DNA of 41,528 nt from Octopus bimaculoides (Eukaryota), in contig NC_068989.1 of the NCBI RefSeq assembly GCF_001194135.2, forward strand, positions 81,520,332-81,561,859, given 5' to 3'. How positions within the stretch are numbered: position 1 is the first letter of the stretch; the number at the start of each line of letters is the position of its first letter. The notes below the pieces were generated by a model. The model did no database searches. It was not told the origin of the DNA and saw only the letters and a list, made by a program, of their open reading frames with translations. The position numbers were made by a program, and so were the translations under genes. Shown piece after piece: positions 11,879 through 23,214 of the stretch.

Positions 11879-12462
11879 TAAGGTGTGATTTGAGGGAGAT
11901 CTGACTGCTATTTCAAGCAGTATGAGTGTTCTTCTAAAGAAGATACAATACAGAAAGGAAATTTGTACTTGGTAAATGAGAGAATTTACGCTAACCTTTG
12001 TTTGTCATGATACAGTTTTATCTGAGAACCTTACATAGCAGTGTCCAAGTGTTTTTTGAATATCTTCCCACCTACTCCATACAGGTTTTACAGAAAGATA
12101 TCAAAGACCTGAGATCCTTTGAACTCCAGTCTATTGGAGTATCAGGTCTCAACTTGGGAAAAAGTGGTTGGAAGATGTTTGGCGCTGCATAAATGGTACC
12201 TAGTTCAGGTCTTTCATATTTTTCACTGCTAAAGTTTGGTGTCGGTTCCTGTAAGATCTTACAGCAGTAAATTACTGTGAATTCTATGCTGAATACTCCT
12301 GGCAGCAAATATTTTTCACCATCAATCACTCTGAACTGTCCAACCTATGCTAGTACAGAAAACAGACATTAAATGATAATATTGATGATAATGATGTTAT
12401 ATTTACAAAACCAATGAAAACAAAATATTCTAAGACAAAATAGTTATTTAAGTGTTTAAGTT

Positions 12463-12608
12463 TTAAACAATAGCGGAAGAGTCCCAGCAATAATGATGCT
12501 GAATATCTATTTGGCTAATCATCTTCAAGTCTTCATCATCGAGTTCAAACGAAAAGATATCTGCATTTTCTGATATGTGCTGCATGTTTGTAGATTTTGG
12601 TAAAACTC
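12463..12608 (-). CDS. AKR exon 8, terminal ((G)VLPKSTNMQHISENADIFSFELDDEDLKMISQIDIQHHYCWDSSAIV*)
   Basis: Acceptor TTTTTTGCAG; LPKS and EN-x-x-IF-x-F-x-L motifs; TAA at 12465-12463. Confidence 0.95.
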
Positions 12609-12719
12609 CTGCAAAAAATGAGAAACAGAATCAGAACAGCAGTTGAGTAAAATTAGTACACTTATAATTGTGTGTATGTGTGTGTACACGCACATGCATA
12701 TGTGTGTACACAAACATGC

Positions 12720-12878
12720 AGTGGTTGGCGTTAGGAAGGGCATCCAGCTGTAGAAACTCTGCCAAATCAGACTGGAGCCTGGTGTTGCCATCCGGTTTCA
12801 CCAGTCCTCAGTCAAATCGTCCAACCCATGCTAGCATGGAAAGCGGACGTTAAACGATGATGATGATGATGATGATGA
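12720..12878 (+). mobile_element. Young RTE 3' tail in AKR intron 7 (antisense to AKR)
   Basis: Nearly identical to the reverse complement of 35866-36030. Confidence 0.9.
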
Positions 12879-13956
12879 TATATATATATATATATATATA
12901 TTAATATAGGATGTTGATGGCAACTGTAAATGCATATAAAATTTTTTATATAGTAGACAGGCTTTAGAAAATATCCCTCTAGTACGAGAGGTATGACAAA
13001 ATATATTGAATCTATGCCGTAAAGGGATTCAAGATAGGAAGGGCATTTACAGTAAAAAGCAAGATGCCTGTTCCTGTCCCTCTTTTATACTTTGGCCTCT
13101 CAACACCTGGCACAAAGCAACTACTCTCAATACCGCATCTCTACTCTGTCAAAGAATCTTCATTTGCTAGTCACCCACCTGGTGACCTCACTAATGCTGG
13201 TGCTATAAAAAAAGCACCCAGTACATTTCGTACAAGACATCCAGCCATAGAAACTTTGTAATGCAGACATTGGAGACCAATGCAGCCCTCGGCCTAGTCA
13301 AATCCTGACAAACCATCAAACCCATACCATGCTGGAACGGGTTTAACAGATGATGATTATGATACAGTAGTGAGGCCTAGATTCAAATCCATGTAGGTTT
13401 TGTAACTAGGATCAGACATCAGATTAGGCAACTTGTCCTGACAACTAACCAATCATCTTGCAGGAATATCACCCCATATTATCGAAAATTCTATATTTCT
13501 GCACAAATGAGGGTTATAAAAGCAGAGACATGGGTAAACACACAAGAGAGAGAGAGAGAGAGAGACAGACACACACACACACAGAGGTGGACACATACAA
13601 GTCCTTAAGAAGACAGATTCCTTGGTTGCTGCTCAACTTTGAGCTAAAGGAATCATTGTCTATGAAGAACAGAGTATTTTCCCACCTCTCACATGAAGCC
13701 ATTCTTTATTATTGATTCAACAACAAATGCCATTTACTACTGACAAATACAGCCCTGACAAGTAGCTGTATAATCACGTAAATATTTGAACTGTATAAAT
13801 AAATGTTTATCAAACACAGTTTGGAGTTGATTTTAATATGGGACAGCATGCAGTCTAAACATCATACCAATTAATCAAGTCCCATCTAGCCAGTCCAACA
13901 ATACTGTATTTGAATTACACTGGACTTACAATTGTTGTTATTATCAGAATTGCTAA

Positions 13957-14214
13957 GGTGGCAAGCTGCTTAGCAGCATTCAAATTCCGCTGAGGTCAAC
14001 TTTGCCTTTCATCCTTTCAGGGTTGATAAAATAAGTAGCAGCTGGGTATTGGGGAGGGGGGGATGATGTTATTAACCTACTCCTCCCAACCCCTTTCAGA
14101 GTCAATAAATTAATTACCAGTGAAACACTGGGGGAGGGAGGGGTTAATGTAGTTGATGACTTCCTCCCCACAAATATCAGGCTTTGTGCCTTTAGTAGAA
14201 AGGATTATTATTTA
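13957..14214 (+). mobile_element. Family-B SINE in AKR intron 7
   Basis: caaattccgctgaggtcaactttgcctttcatcc body. Further intronic copies at 17557-17690, 19226-19437 and 23608-23812, all on +. Confidence 0.85.
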
Positions 14215-14764
14215 TTATCCGCTTCTTTCAATTCTGTTTCCATTTCTTGCCAAGTGTCTTCCTGATACCTAGGGCAAAGAAACTCACTGTGTACATTGGT
14301 AGGCCATTAAAATAAACACACCAGATTGTTCTTTTACAAAGTTATGAGATAGAAAAAAAGGGGAAGGAAGAAAAAAAGAAAAGGAAAGAAGAAAAATTCT
14401 TTAAAATAGGGGGGAAAAAAGAAAACAAAGAAAATAAAGGGGGGAAAAAGGAAAGAAAATTCACAGTAACAATGCTATTCTCAATACATGTGACGTACCA
14501 GTTAAAAGAATCTTTTGCACTTCTTGGATAGATGGTAAGCCAGGAATCATCCTAAAATAATTTCAGTTCCTTTTTTGATCATTCCAAGTGCTCCTACAAT
14601 CACTGGTATTGTAACAGCCTTGAGATGCCACATTTTTTTTTTCAATCAGCAAATCTTTATATTATCCCCGAGTTTATCAAATTCTTTTGCTGAGATATTA
14701 TGACCACAAGGTAAGCTCATGTCAAGCAATAAACAGATATTGTTGTTATATAAATGATACGTAC

Positions 14765-14858
14765 CAATTCCCTGTTGTATTGCCCATCTGAGTAATATCT
14801 GGGCAACTGGCCTTTGATGCTTCTTACCAATTTCTTTTATAACTGCATCATCCAGAAG
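14765..14858 (-). CDS. AKR exon 7 (LLDDAVIKEIGKKHQRPVAQILLRWAIQQGI)
   Basis: Acceptor GATTGTAG, donor GTACGT; AQxLLRW motif; phase 0 to 1. Confidence 0.94.
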
Positions 14859-15457
14859 CTACAATCACAATAAGGATTTCTTTATTTGCCACAGGAACAT
14901 TCAGAAAGAAACCATTACAAAGAAAACTAAACACAAATGCATAGATACATGACAAAATACAGTAATACATACATTTACAATACACAAACACACACATCAC
15001 CAACTGTTGTCTTAACATCCACTTTCCAATGTTTGCAACCACTTTAAAGAGTGGTGCAGGGTGCATTTTCAAGGCACCAGCTCTAGACTAAAAAGCCTAA
15101 AGGAGCCTCCACAACCAATAGAAGAACAGAAGCACAAGTGTGAATATTCTAGACAACCTTAAATAGTCTACAACCTTCTCTTTCTGATGTATTGTACTTG
15201 CTTCTGAACTGAGTAAAGAAATTAATTCATGAAAATCTCTAGATTTACAGAACCAGCCAACCATGCTCAATAGAAAAATTATGAATGAACGTTTAAAATA
15301 CCCACCTATGTTCTTCCAACAAAGCATTATATATCAACCATTGTATATGATCCTTGCTCTACTAACCATGGTGTACCATTCATTATATATTACTATTCAA
15401 AACACTGCTCTATTTTGGGGTATTTCATTTGTTTCATACTAAATTTGAATATTCATA

Positions 15458-15660
15458 TAGGCGTGGCTGTGTGGTAAGAAGTTTGCTTCCCAACCACATG
15501 GTTCTGGGTTCAATCCCAGTGTGACACCTTGGGCAAATATCTTTTGCTATAACCCTATGCTGACCAAAACTTTGTGAGTGGATTCGGTAAACAGAAACCA
15601 AAGGAAGTTTGTTGCGTGCATATGTGTGTGTGTGTGTGTGTGTGTATGCATGTGTATATA
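15458..15660 (+). mobile_element. tRNA/CORE-like SINE in AKR intron 6
   Basis: ggctgtgtggtaagaagtttgc…gggttcaatccc…ccttgggcaa; (TG)n tail. Confidence 0.8.
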
Positions 15661-15863
15661 CACATATGCATTTGTAAATATTGTTAGAGTAAATAGTGTA
15701 CAAATAGTGGCTATTATACATCAATCTGACCAGTCACAAAGAAAAATACGAATTAAATTTTACTGCTAATGGTGATACCTGGTACTAACCAGGCAAGCTG
15801 AATTATATGACTTTCTCAGGAAACACAACACAATGCTTGTGATGCTAAGATTACGAAACTTAC

Positions 15864-15971
15864 CATATTGTCTTTTGATGCGCCAAGTGAAGAATATGCT
15901 TGATATTGTATGTTATTCTCTTGACAAAACTTCCATACTTCATGCTGTACCAGATGCGGATGATGTTCAGT
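15864..15971 (-). CDS. AKR exon 6 (TEHHPHLVQHEVWKFCQENNIQYQAYSSLGASKDNM)
   Basis: Acceptor TTTTCTCTGTAG, donor GTAAGT; E-x-HP and AYSSLG motifs. Confidence 0.95.
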
Positions 15972-16207
15972 CTACAGAGAAAATTAATCATAAGAAACGG
16001 TTAGTTTAAAATGATAGTGGTGGAAGTAGTAATGGCAGTAGTGGTGGTGGTGGTGGTGGTGGTGGTGATAGTAGTAGTTGTGGTGTGAAAAATAGTGTCT
16101 TTTTTTTAAAAAAAAGTATTTCTTAAAGCAAGGGTGATAATGTTCAACAAACTATATTTATGGAATGGAATAAGCAGAGCAAGAGCACACATGAAGATGA
16201 AAAGTAT

Positions 16208-16246
16208 CGCTGAAGATGTCACAGATGTGTGATGAAAGATTTCCAG
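16208..16246 (+). ncRNA. Degenerate hammerhead-ribozyme-like motif
   Basis: CTGAAGA-T-[GTCACA gatg TGTGAT]-GAAA-gatttc; helices I and III are poorly preserved. Confidence 0.35.
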
Positions 16247-16307
16247 ACAATGGACATGAGTTAGAATAACAAGTGAAGAAAGAATATATAGTGCGTGTGT
16301 TTATTTG

Positions 16308-16346
<39 letters not shown>

Positions 16347-16501
16347 ACCATCCCGAAATACAACAATATATATTTATCTCTCTTCTCCCCTATTCTTTAA
16401 ATTGTTTAAAATTAAAGAAGATAAAATGTCAGAAACAACTGAGAAAATATAAAGAGCTAGAATGAAAATGAATTATAAGTAGCGATGAAGTAATGAAATA
16501 C

Positions 16502-16593
16502 CTGAAGAACTGCTGGTTTCACAGAAGAATCTTGTAGAAGTTCTTCCAGATGATGCTTTTGATAATTTGAAATTCCAATTGACTTCAATTTAC
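16502..16593 (-). CDS. AKR exon 5 ((G)KLKSIGISNYQKHHLEELLQDSSVKPAVLQ)
   Basis: Acceptor CTTTTGCAAAAG, donor GTATTT; IGxSNY cofactor motif; phase 1 to 0. Confidence 0.94.
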
Positions 16594-17890
16594 CTTTTGC
16601 AAAAGATGGAAGAAACAACATAATTAATAGATCAATATTTGATTAAATAGGCAATTTAACTAACGAGCTAATAAATACAACTAACTCCACATTGGCTTTA
16701 GGAGATATATTTCTACATGTATCTTAGTGTAGGAATCTTTTGTGTATATAAGGAAATATAATAACTGAATGTAGCCACAGAAGATATTAATGGAAGCATT
16801 AAAGTAAATAATAACAGAATGGTTAACATTATTTGACATTTTAATGAAGTGTAGTTATAACAAGTACAAAATATCAGTGTCAGTTACCTCCCTTCAATCA
16901 TAACACAATTCTAGCTTGAGACAGAAATGCTGAAAAACAGGGATCTCCAATCACTGGACTGCTAACCAGTAAAGGACCATGGATTATTGGGTACCGGCCG
17001 CCCAGAAAGAATATATTTTAAACTCTTGTTTCTATTCTATTGACTATTGCAGTCTGCAGGGTGCTTTTGCATTATATATGTGGGAAAATTGTTTTGGTCT
17101 GTGGGAAAATTGTTTTGCATGAAACAGGCTCATCATGTAAAAAAAGGGCGAGGAATGTAAAGAATCGATATAACTGTTAACAATTAAGGAACATGACCAA
17201 TGTATACAGAAACTAGTGTTAACCATACTTATGAATACAGCATTTTGCTAACTTTCATTAAATTATGGCTTTAAAAGAAAACACCTTAGCAAGGTTAGTC
17301 AATGTTTCATAGTTTAGTAACACCGCATCACAGACATTTAATAGATTCACTGGTGTGGTGTACAACTCAAATTTGACTTTACTTTCAATATTGAGTCACC
17401 TCATCTGTAAATGTTCTGTTGTGATTCTGAAACTTGTATTGAAAACATAACCTTAATATAGTGTCCAATTTCATGTATGTTTAGACCAAGTATGTTAACA
17501 AAAAATAAATCACATACTGTATAGTATAAATTATAATTATGTTTACTTATTCATCAGTCTGTTTCCGCTGAAGTCCTTTACCCTTTTGGTTGATAAAATA
17601 AGCACCGGTTAAGTATAGGGGTCAACGTAATTGACTACCCCTTCCCAAAACTTTCAAGCCTTGTACCTATAGTAGAAAGGGTTATTCATCAATCTGTTCT
17701 GAAAATAATGCATAAAATCTTGAAAGAAACTTGATATTGTTCATTGCTTCAGTTTCAGTTAATAGTATGTAAATAATTCTTCTGTTTGATAGAGCAACTG
17801 AGGTGTTATTAGTTGCATTGATTAGTTAGATGGTTGAGTGGTCAGTGAAACCGAACAAGAACTGATGGGGAGGACAGTGAAATATATGAA

Positions 17891-18153
17891 GAGATAGGGT
17901 AAATTTATGAGGTCAATATTGATGAAAAATAGGTAAGTGGAATACACTGAAAGACAAGGGTAACTTTATGGTAAAAGTTAAGGGAAAAGGAATCAATGAA
18001 ATACATGAAATCCATTGAGAGAAGACAAGTAACATTATGGTCAATTAGGAGGGTGGAAAGAAAATACATCAAGAGATAAGAGTAGCTTTATGGTCGTGAG
18101 TAAGATGGAAGTCAGTGAGAGGCATTGAGATATAGGGGTAATGTTATGGTCAA
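17891..18153. repeat. Degenerate purine-rich minisatellite, 5 units of 52-70 bp, in AKR intron 4
   Basis: Core gagataagggtaactttatggtca at about 17891, 17951, 18019, 18073 and 18127. Confidence 0.7.
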
Positions 18154-18216
18154 GGTTTAATTAAATCTATTGTCATAAAAAATGAAATTTATTGAGGGTT
18201 CAAATCGAAGTCTCAC

Positions 18217-18405
18217 CTTCCTTGTACAAGGTCTCCATGTCTTTCCAGCTTTCCTGACGAAGAATCTTTTGCATGCTATCTGCAGGTTTGAACCCCTGTA
18301 CACCAGGCCAATGAATTAAATATAAGTCGAGGTAGTCAGTTTTCAAGCGTGATAATGATTGTAAACAAGCTTCTCGGCACTTTCCACTTCCTTGATCTCT
18401 TGGGC
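18217..18405 (-). CDS. AKR exon 4 ((G)PRDQGSGKCREACLQSLSRLKTDYLDLYLIHWPG...LYKE)
   Basis: Acceptor TTTGCAG, donor GTGAGA; DLYLIHWP motif with H117. Confidence 0.96.
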
Positions 18406-19090
18406 CTGCAAATAATTGATCCAAGAAAGTCTTCACATGTGTTAATTTGAAATTATGCTAGTCAACTGGTTAAATTGTAGGACCATGCACCTATATCTCA
18501 TAAGTTCAAAATCTGCCTCATTATAAAATGATTGTCAACTTACAGCAGAAATACCTCTCCAACTCATACTGACATAGAAAAAAAAGAGACATTTTCTTCC
18601 TATGAAGAGTTAAGCTCACTGAATTATTAGTTGTGATCTATTACATCTGAGTCAATGGTTTTGTATTAATTGCTAGCAAGGACAGAGTATTTCATTTTGC
18701 AACTCTAAAATACTACCAAGTATATTAAAGGCTTACAAGTCAATGTTGTGCCTTCCCCTTTTGTGTTAGTTGTACAGTGTTCCAATTGTTAAGTTTGTCT
18801 CTACAGATTTTCTATACAATTTGGAATCAGCACTGAAAGTTACGATGTTTTGTATACAAATATGTTTATGTAAACAGTGCAAATAAAGATAGAAAAAAAA
18901 TAGGTAATGGGTGTATATGCTTATCTCAAGAGTTATTGCTCTTTTATCAGCATCACATCCAATCCATCAATTATCCATAAACACATTGCTTAAATACCCA
19001 ACAAGTTTAGTGATGTAACACTATCAGACAGGCCAATTTACATTCCTGACAGCTGGTATGTAAATATTTCTTACTAGCATGGATACAACT

Positions 19091-19135
19091 TTGTGCTGAT
19101 GAAAGAACAATAATTCTTGAAATACGCATTTTCAG
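19091..19135 (+). ncRNA. Minimal type-I hammerhead-ribozyme-like motif
   Basis: CTGATGA (19096-19102), perfect 5-bp helix II AAGAA/TTCTT, GAAA, 2-bp helix III, AUU triplet; helix I imperfect. Confidence 0.55.
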
Positions 19136-19605
19136 TACTGGCTCTGAGTTCTAGAAAACATCTGTAGAGATAAACTTATTAATAGTTAATATCTCATTAA
19201 TACTTCTGTATTTTGAGTCAGCATTGAGGCAGAATTGTCAGTGATCTACACAATACGCTTCACGGCATTTTTCTCAGCTTTACATTCTGAGTTCAAATGC
19301 CAGCAAGGTCCACTTTACATTTCATCCTTTTAGTGATAACTAAATAAGTACCAGTCCAAATACTGGAGTTGATGTAATCGACTTACTCCACCCCTAAAAT
19401 TGCTGACCTTGTGCGAAAATTAGAAAGAATTATTATTGACCAAGATACTTCATCCTAAATGCCTCAGCTCACCTAGCTGGAGATAGGTACCATGTGGAGA
19501 AGTACAGCATACTGTTATTGTTGTAAATATTGGAGGTACTGTAAAAACAATAAATGATTTATGCTGAACAAGTCACCTTAACTAAAATTTATGAATAATA
19601 CTCAC

Positions 19606-19713
19606 CTAATTTACTGGTGATGAATATGTCCTCTCTTTTCAAGTTATATTTAGCAAGTAGTTCCAGAAGACTTGATCCAATGTCTGATTCATTTTTGTAC
19701 ACTGAGGCTGTGT
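19606..19713 (-). CDS. AKR exon 3 ((D)TASVYKNESDIGSSLLELLAKYNLKREDIFITSKL)
   Basis: Acceptor CGACAG, donor GTGAGT; completes the D50 codon and encodes Y55 and K84. Not present in the ORF track frame. Confidence 0.95.
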
Positions 19714-19929
19714 CTGTCGAGTGGAATAACAGCAATGAGATGTATAATCTTTTATTAAATCTCTAATAGTATGTGTATGTGAATGCGCACATGCATGTGT
19801 ATGTGTGTGTGTGTGTGTACATAGCATATACATATACATCACACATAACTGCAACAAGATCAGTGAATCTCAATGATCTACCTCACTGACCTCTGTAAAA
19901 ACCACCACTACCACCACATTTGGCAGACT

Positions 19930-20460
19930 CTCCTCCTCCCATTCATTCTCCATGTTCAGCAGTCTTTCATAATGGCATCTCCAAGCAGGCTCATTAAAAG
20001 CAAGTGCACCACCATCCATGCGGATACATTTCTTTCCTATGACATCACAATTTTCTCTTACAGACTGTCTTGCAATCCAAAATACTTCAGTTCATTGTTC
20101 TTCATGGCACTGAACATAGGCAAATTTCTTCTTTTCTGCTTCACCCTTGGCTAGATATACTCCTAGCTTCCTTTCTGGCTATCTGATACAGTTCCCTGCT
20201 GCCCCACTCTTCCAGGCCTTTCTCTTTGCTCTAATGGCATCCTCTATGGTACTGTTCCACCGCCATGTTACCCTGGGTCTGGAAGGGACTTTGCACTAGC
20301 CACAGAGTTGGTCTGTGGCTGTTCCACAGGAATTCCAAGTTGTCCTCTATGTCACAAGTTTGTAGCTGCTCCTCCCTCTCATCAAATTTCTCAATTAGGA
20401 TGTCCCTACATCTCTGACCATATGAAGGGTCCTTAAACTTCCATCTCTGACTATATTAAG
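19930..20460 (-). pseudogene. RTE LINE ORF remnant (endonuclease-RT linker) in AKR intron 2
   Basis: PRVTWRWNSTIEDAIRAK…, EVFWIARQSVRENCDVIGKKCIRMDGG…, WRCHYERLLNMENEW; stops and frameshifts. Confidence 0.7.
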
Positions 20461-23133
20461 GGTCCAGAACAGGATTGAACCTGAAACCATGTGTTCGTGA
20501 AACCAGCTTCTTAATAAAGCCCTGCTCCATTAGAAAACAATATGTGACATTCTCTGTCCAAATTCACTTGTCCTTCTTTGCCTCTATCCACCAGAATATA
20601 GAGTCAAATAAGAACAGACTGGATAAAGGGAGGCACACAACCCTAACTTGTACAGTGTACTCCATTAGATAAATCACCGCTCACTAACTACAAGATGGTC
20701 CACAACTTGGCAGAATCAGACTGATGAAGTTTATCAGAGCTATTTTCAGCTACTACTGATTCATTCTTCCTCTCTTTCCCCTAAATGTGAGTTGCCATGC
20801 TCCTCTACAAGAACCCACTCAGCTCTACCCATTTGTCATACCTTAACCCTCATCTCCTAACATAAAGCTGACCCCCAGCCTACCTCATCGAGTTTCACAG
20901 TCGTGCAAACTATATGGCGTCTTCACTTGTACCAGTAGCACAAGAAAAATAACCAGTACAGGTTATAAAGTAGCTGATGTTAGAAAGGGCATCCAGCCAT
21001 AGTTACCATGCCAAAGAAGACACTGGAGTACAATGTAGTCCTTGGACTCACTGAATCTGGTCAAACCATCCATCCCATGCCAGCATGCAAGCTGGATGTT
21101 AAATGATGATGACGATGATGTTTCTTCAATCAGTGGGAACTGTTTAACTGATTTCCTTCTCTGTTCCTTCTATTATTATCTTCATTAGTCTCATCTATTC
21201 TATATGACCTTCTCCTTCTATCAATGTTATTGTCATTCATTCCAGCTACAAAATATTACATAGACTGGAGAAGTCCTTTATACTGCTTTCTATTAACCAA
21301 AAATGTATGACTGTCCAAACTGAACATTTGCCACACTAATTTCACCCAATTATTCCTATCTCCCAGACTACTTAACAATACAATGAAAACTACACTTCTT
21401 TATTTTCAAGCTAACATTAGCAACATAAACATACTCTACAATAAAGAATGTAGAAATTATCAATAATTGTTTTGATAAGTAGAAGAAAGAGAAGACAGCT
21501 GTTAGAAGGTGAATCACAGATTGTTGTTAATTTGTGAGAGAGTGTTTTCTTGTTCAGTTACATAGATTTTTTTTTTTTTTTTTTGTATAATTTGTAATTG
21601 AATCTGCTACTGGTCTAAATGTGACATACCAAGGCTGAATTTAATAACAATGGAAATATATATATAGATCATTAGATTCAGTTAGACCACATATGTTCCA
21701 TTACATTGAGATTTTTATAGATGTGTAATGAAAGATAGTAAATGCTTTCTGGAATCAAGTATCACTAAAATATTTATTTTATAAATGTTATAATTAGGAA
21801 ATGTAAACTTGAATAGATATCTTTAATATTGTGGTTCTCTAGCTTGATGTTTGCTGAAGTTTGTTTTATTTTTCTTAATATATTTGCTTCGGCAGATTAA
21901 GGTATGTGATTAGATTTTTCAAATAGTTGTGTTAACTGATGCAAGACTACTGCATTTTCTGGTATCTAAGTCAGGTTTTTCCCCATAATTTACAGCCCTA
22001 AAAAGTAGATCAACTTACACATCAAAATGACTTTGGAGGACCAAAACTTCCATGTGAAAGGCAGCAGGATTTGGAAAGATAGTGACCATGTTCGAATGTT
22101 TACACTACATGTTTACACTAAACACTATAGTGATTTGTATGCTGGAAAATACAGTACTGTTGTTTAGCACTAAGTAGACTCAATGATCAGACATTCCAGC
22201 CATGACCATCTAGTATGTTTACATATCAGAAGATTGTTCAATGTATCCTTCTTTAAGACAGTAGACTGTGATCTCTAGCTAGTAGAACAACCAAATACAG
22301 GCTTCCTTATTGGCTTGTATTGAAGAGAGAATATAAAATCCTGTGATAAAATATTTAATAACTATGAAATATATGGTAACAAACCTCTCTTTAAAGTAAT
22401 GATTCATGTCGTAAAGCCAACTCAGTGACTATAAACCTTCAGTTTATGGTATCTACCAATAAATGTCATCTCACAACAAAACTCATCTATGACAGCCATC
22501 TCATTAAAAAGATTTCATTTGGCTTAAAATCTTACATACAATATTCAAACCATTCTTGTACCATAAACCCTATCATACTCTCTCTCTCTCTTTTACAAGA
22601 CGTGATCTTGGTCAGTTAACAATTTAGGATGAAAAAAAATTAAACATGTCTATTTCTAACCCTTCAACATTACATTACTCTGTCAAATGTAATGTTTATT
22701 TATTCACTTTATTTTAACTAATCATGCATTGCCTTGTAGCCTTGAAATTTCAATGGCGTGATTGTTATATATTTAGAATGGCATTGAAAGATAGGTGTGA
22801 GAGGCCACATCTGGCCAGTTTGAACATAAAACAGGTAGTATATTTGGGCTGGATATGGCAGGTTTGAATGCTGAAGGGTTAAACTATAAACTATTTTCTC
22901 TTTATAAGAAGCTTTGTAGAGTGTTAAATTTAGCTTCATTTGTTATGCTATGCTGCAATAGCACTATATGAGGTTACCAATAACTGGAAGCTTTAAGAAC
23001 TTTAGATTATGTAGAAAGAAAAAAAGTATAGTCCTCAACTTAACCTAGAAGAGGTTGTCTCCCTTACAATGGTAAATTGAGCAGGTGCACACTATGTACT
23101 AAAAAATAAATTACAGTAAAATATAAGATTTAC

Positions 23134-23214
23134 CTATAGATCGGTAGCCAGCTGCCAAAGCAGCATCCAACACAGAATAAATCAACTCTTTGCCTTGAAT
23201 CTTGTGAGTCCCCA
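23134..23214 (-). CDS. AKR exon 2 ((L)GTHKIQGKELIYSVLDAALAAGYRSI)
   Basis: Acceptor TTTTTGCAG, donor GTAAAT, phase 1 to 1, AKR beta1/alpha1 motif. Confidence 0.93.

Noticed and set aside
12072-12329. 85-aa minus ORF (and 64-aa plus ORF) just past the AKR stop
   Set aside because: No recognisable homology and no phase-compatible partner exons; likely 3' UTR or intergenic.
15097-15327. 76-aa hydrophobic minus ORF in AKR intron 6
   Set aside because: No motif or convincing splice context; expected by chance in AT-rich DNA.
17891-18153. Repeat-spacer-like pattern
   Set aside because: The cores are degenerate and the spacers resemble one another, so this is an old minisatellite.
20684-20715. 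CTGATGA followed by a weak hairpin
   Set aside because: No GAAA follows the hairpin.
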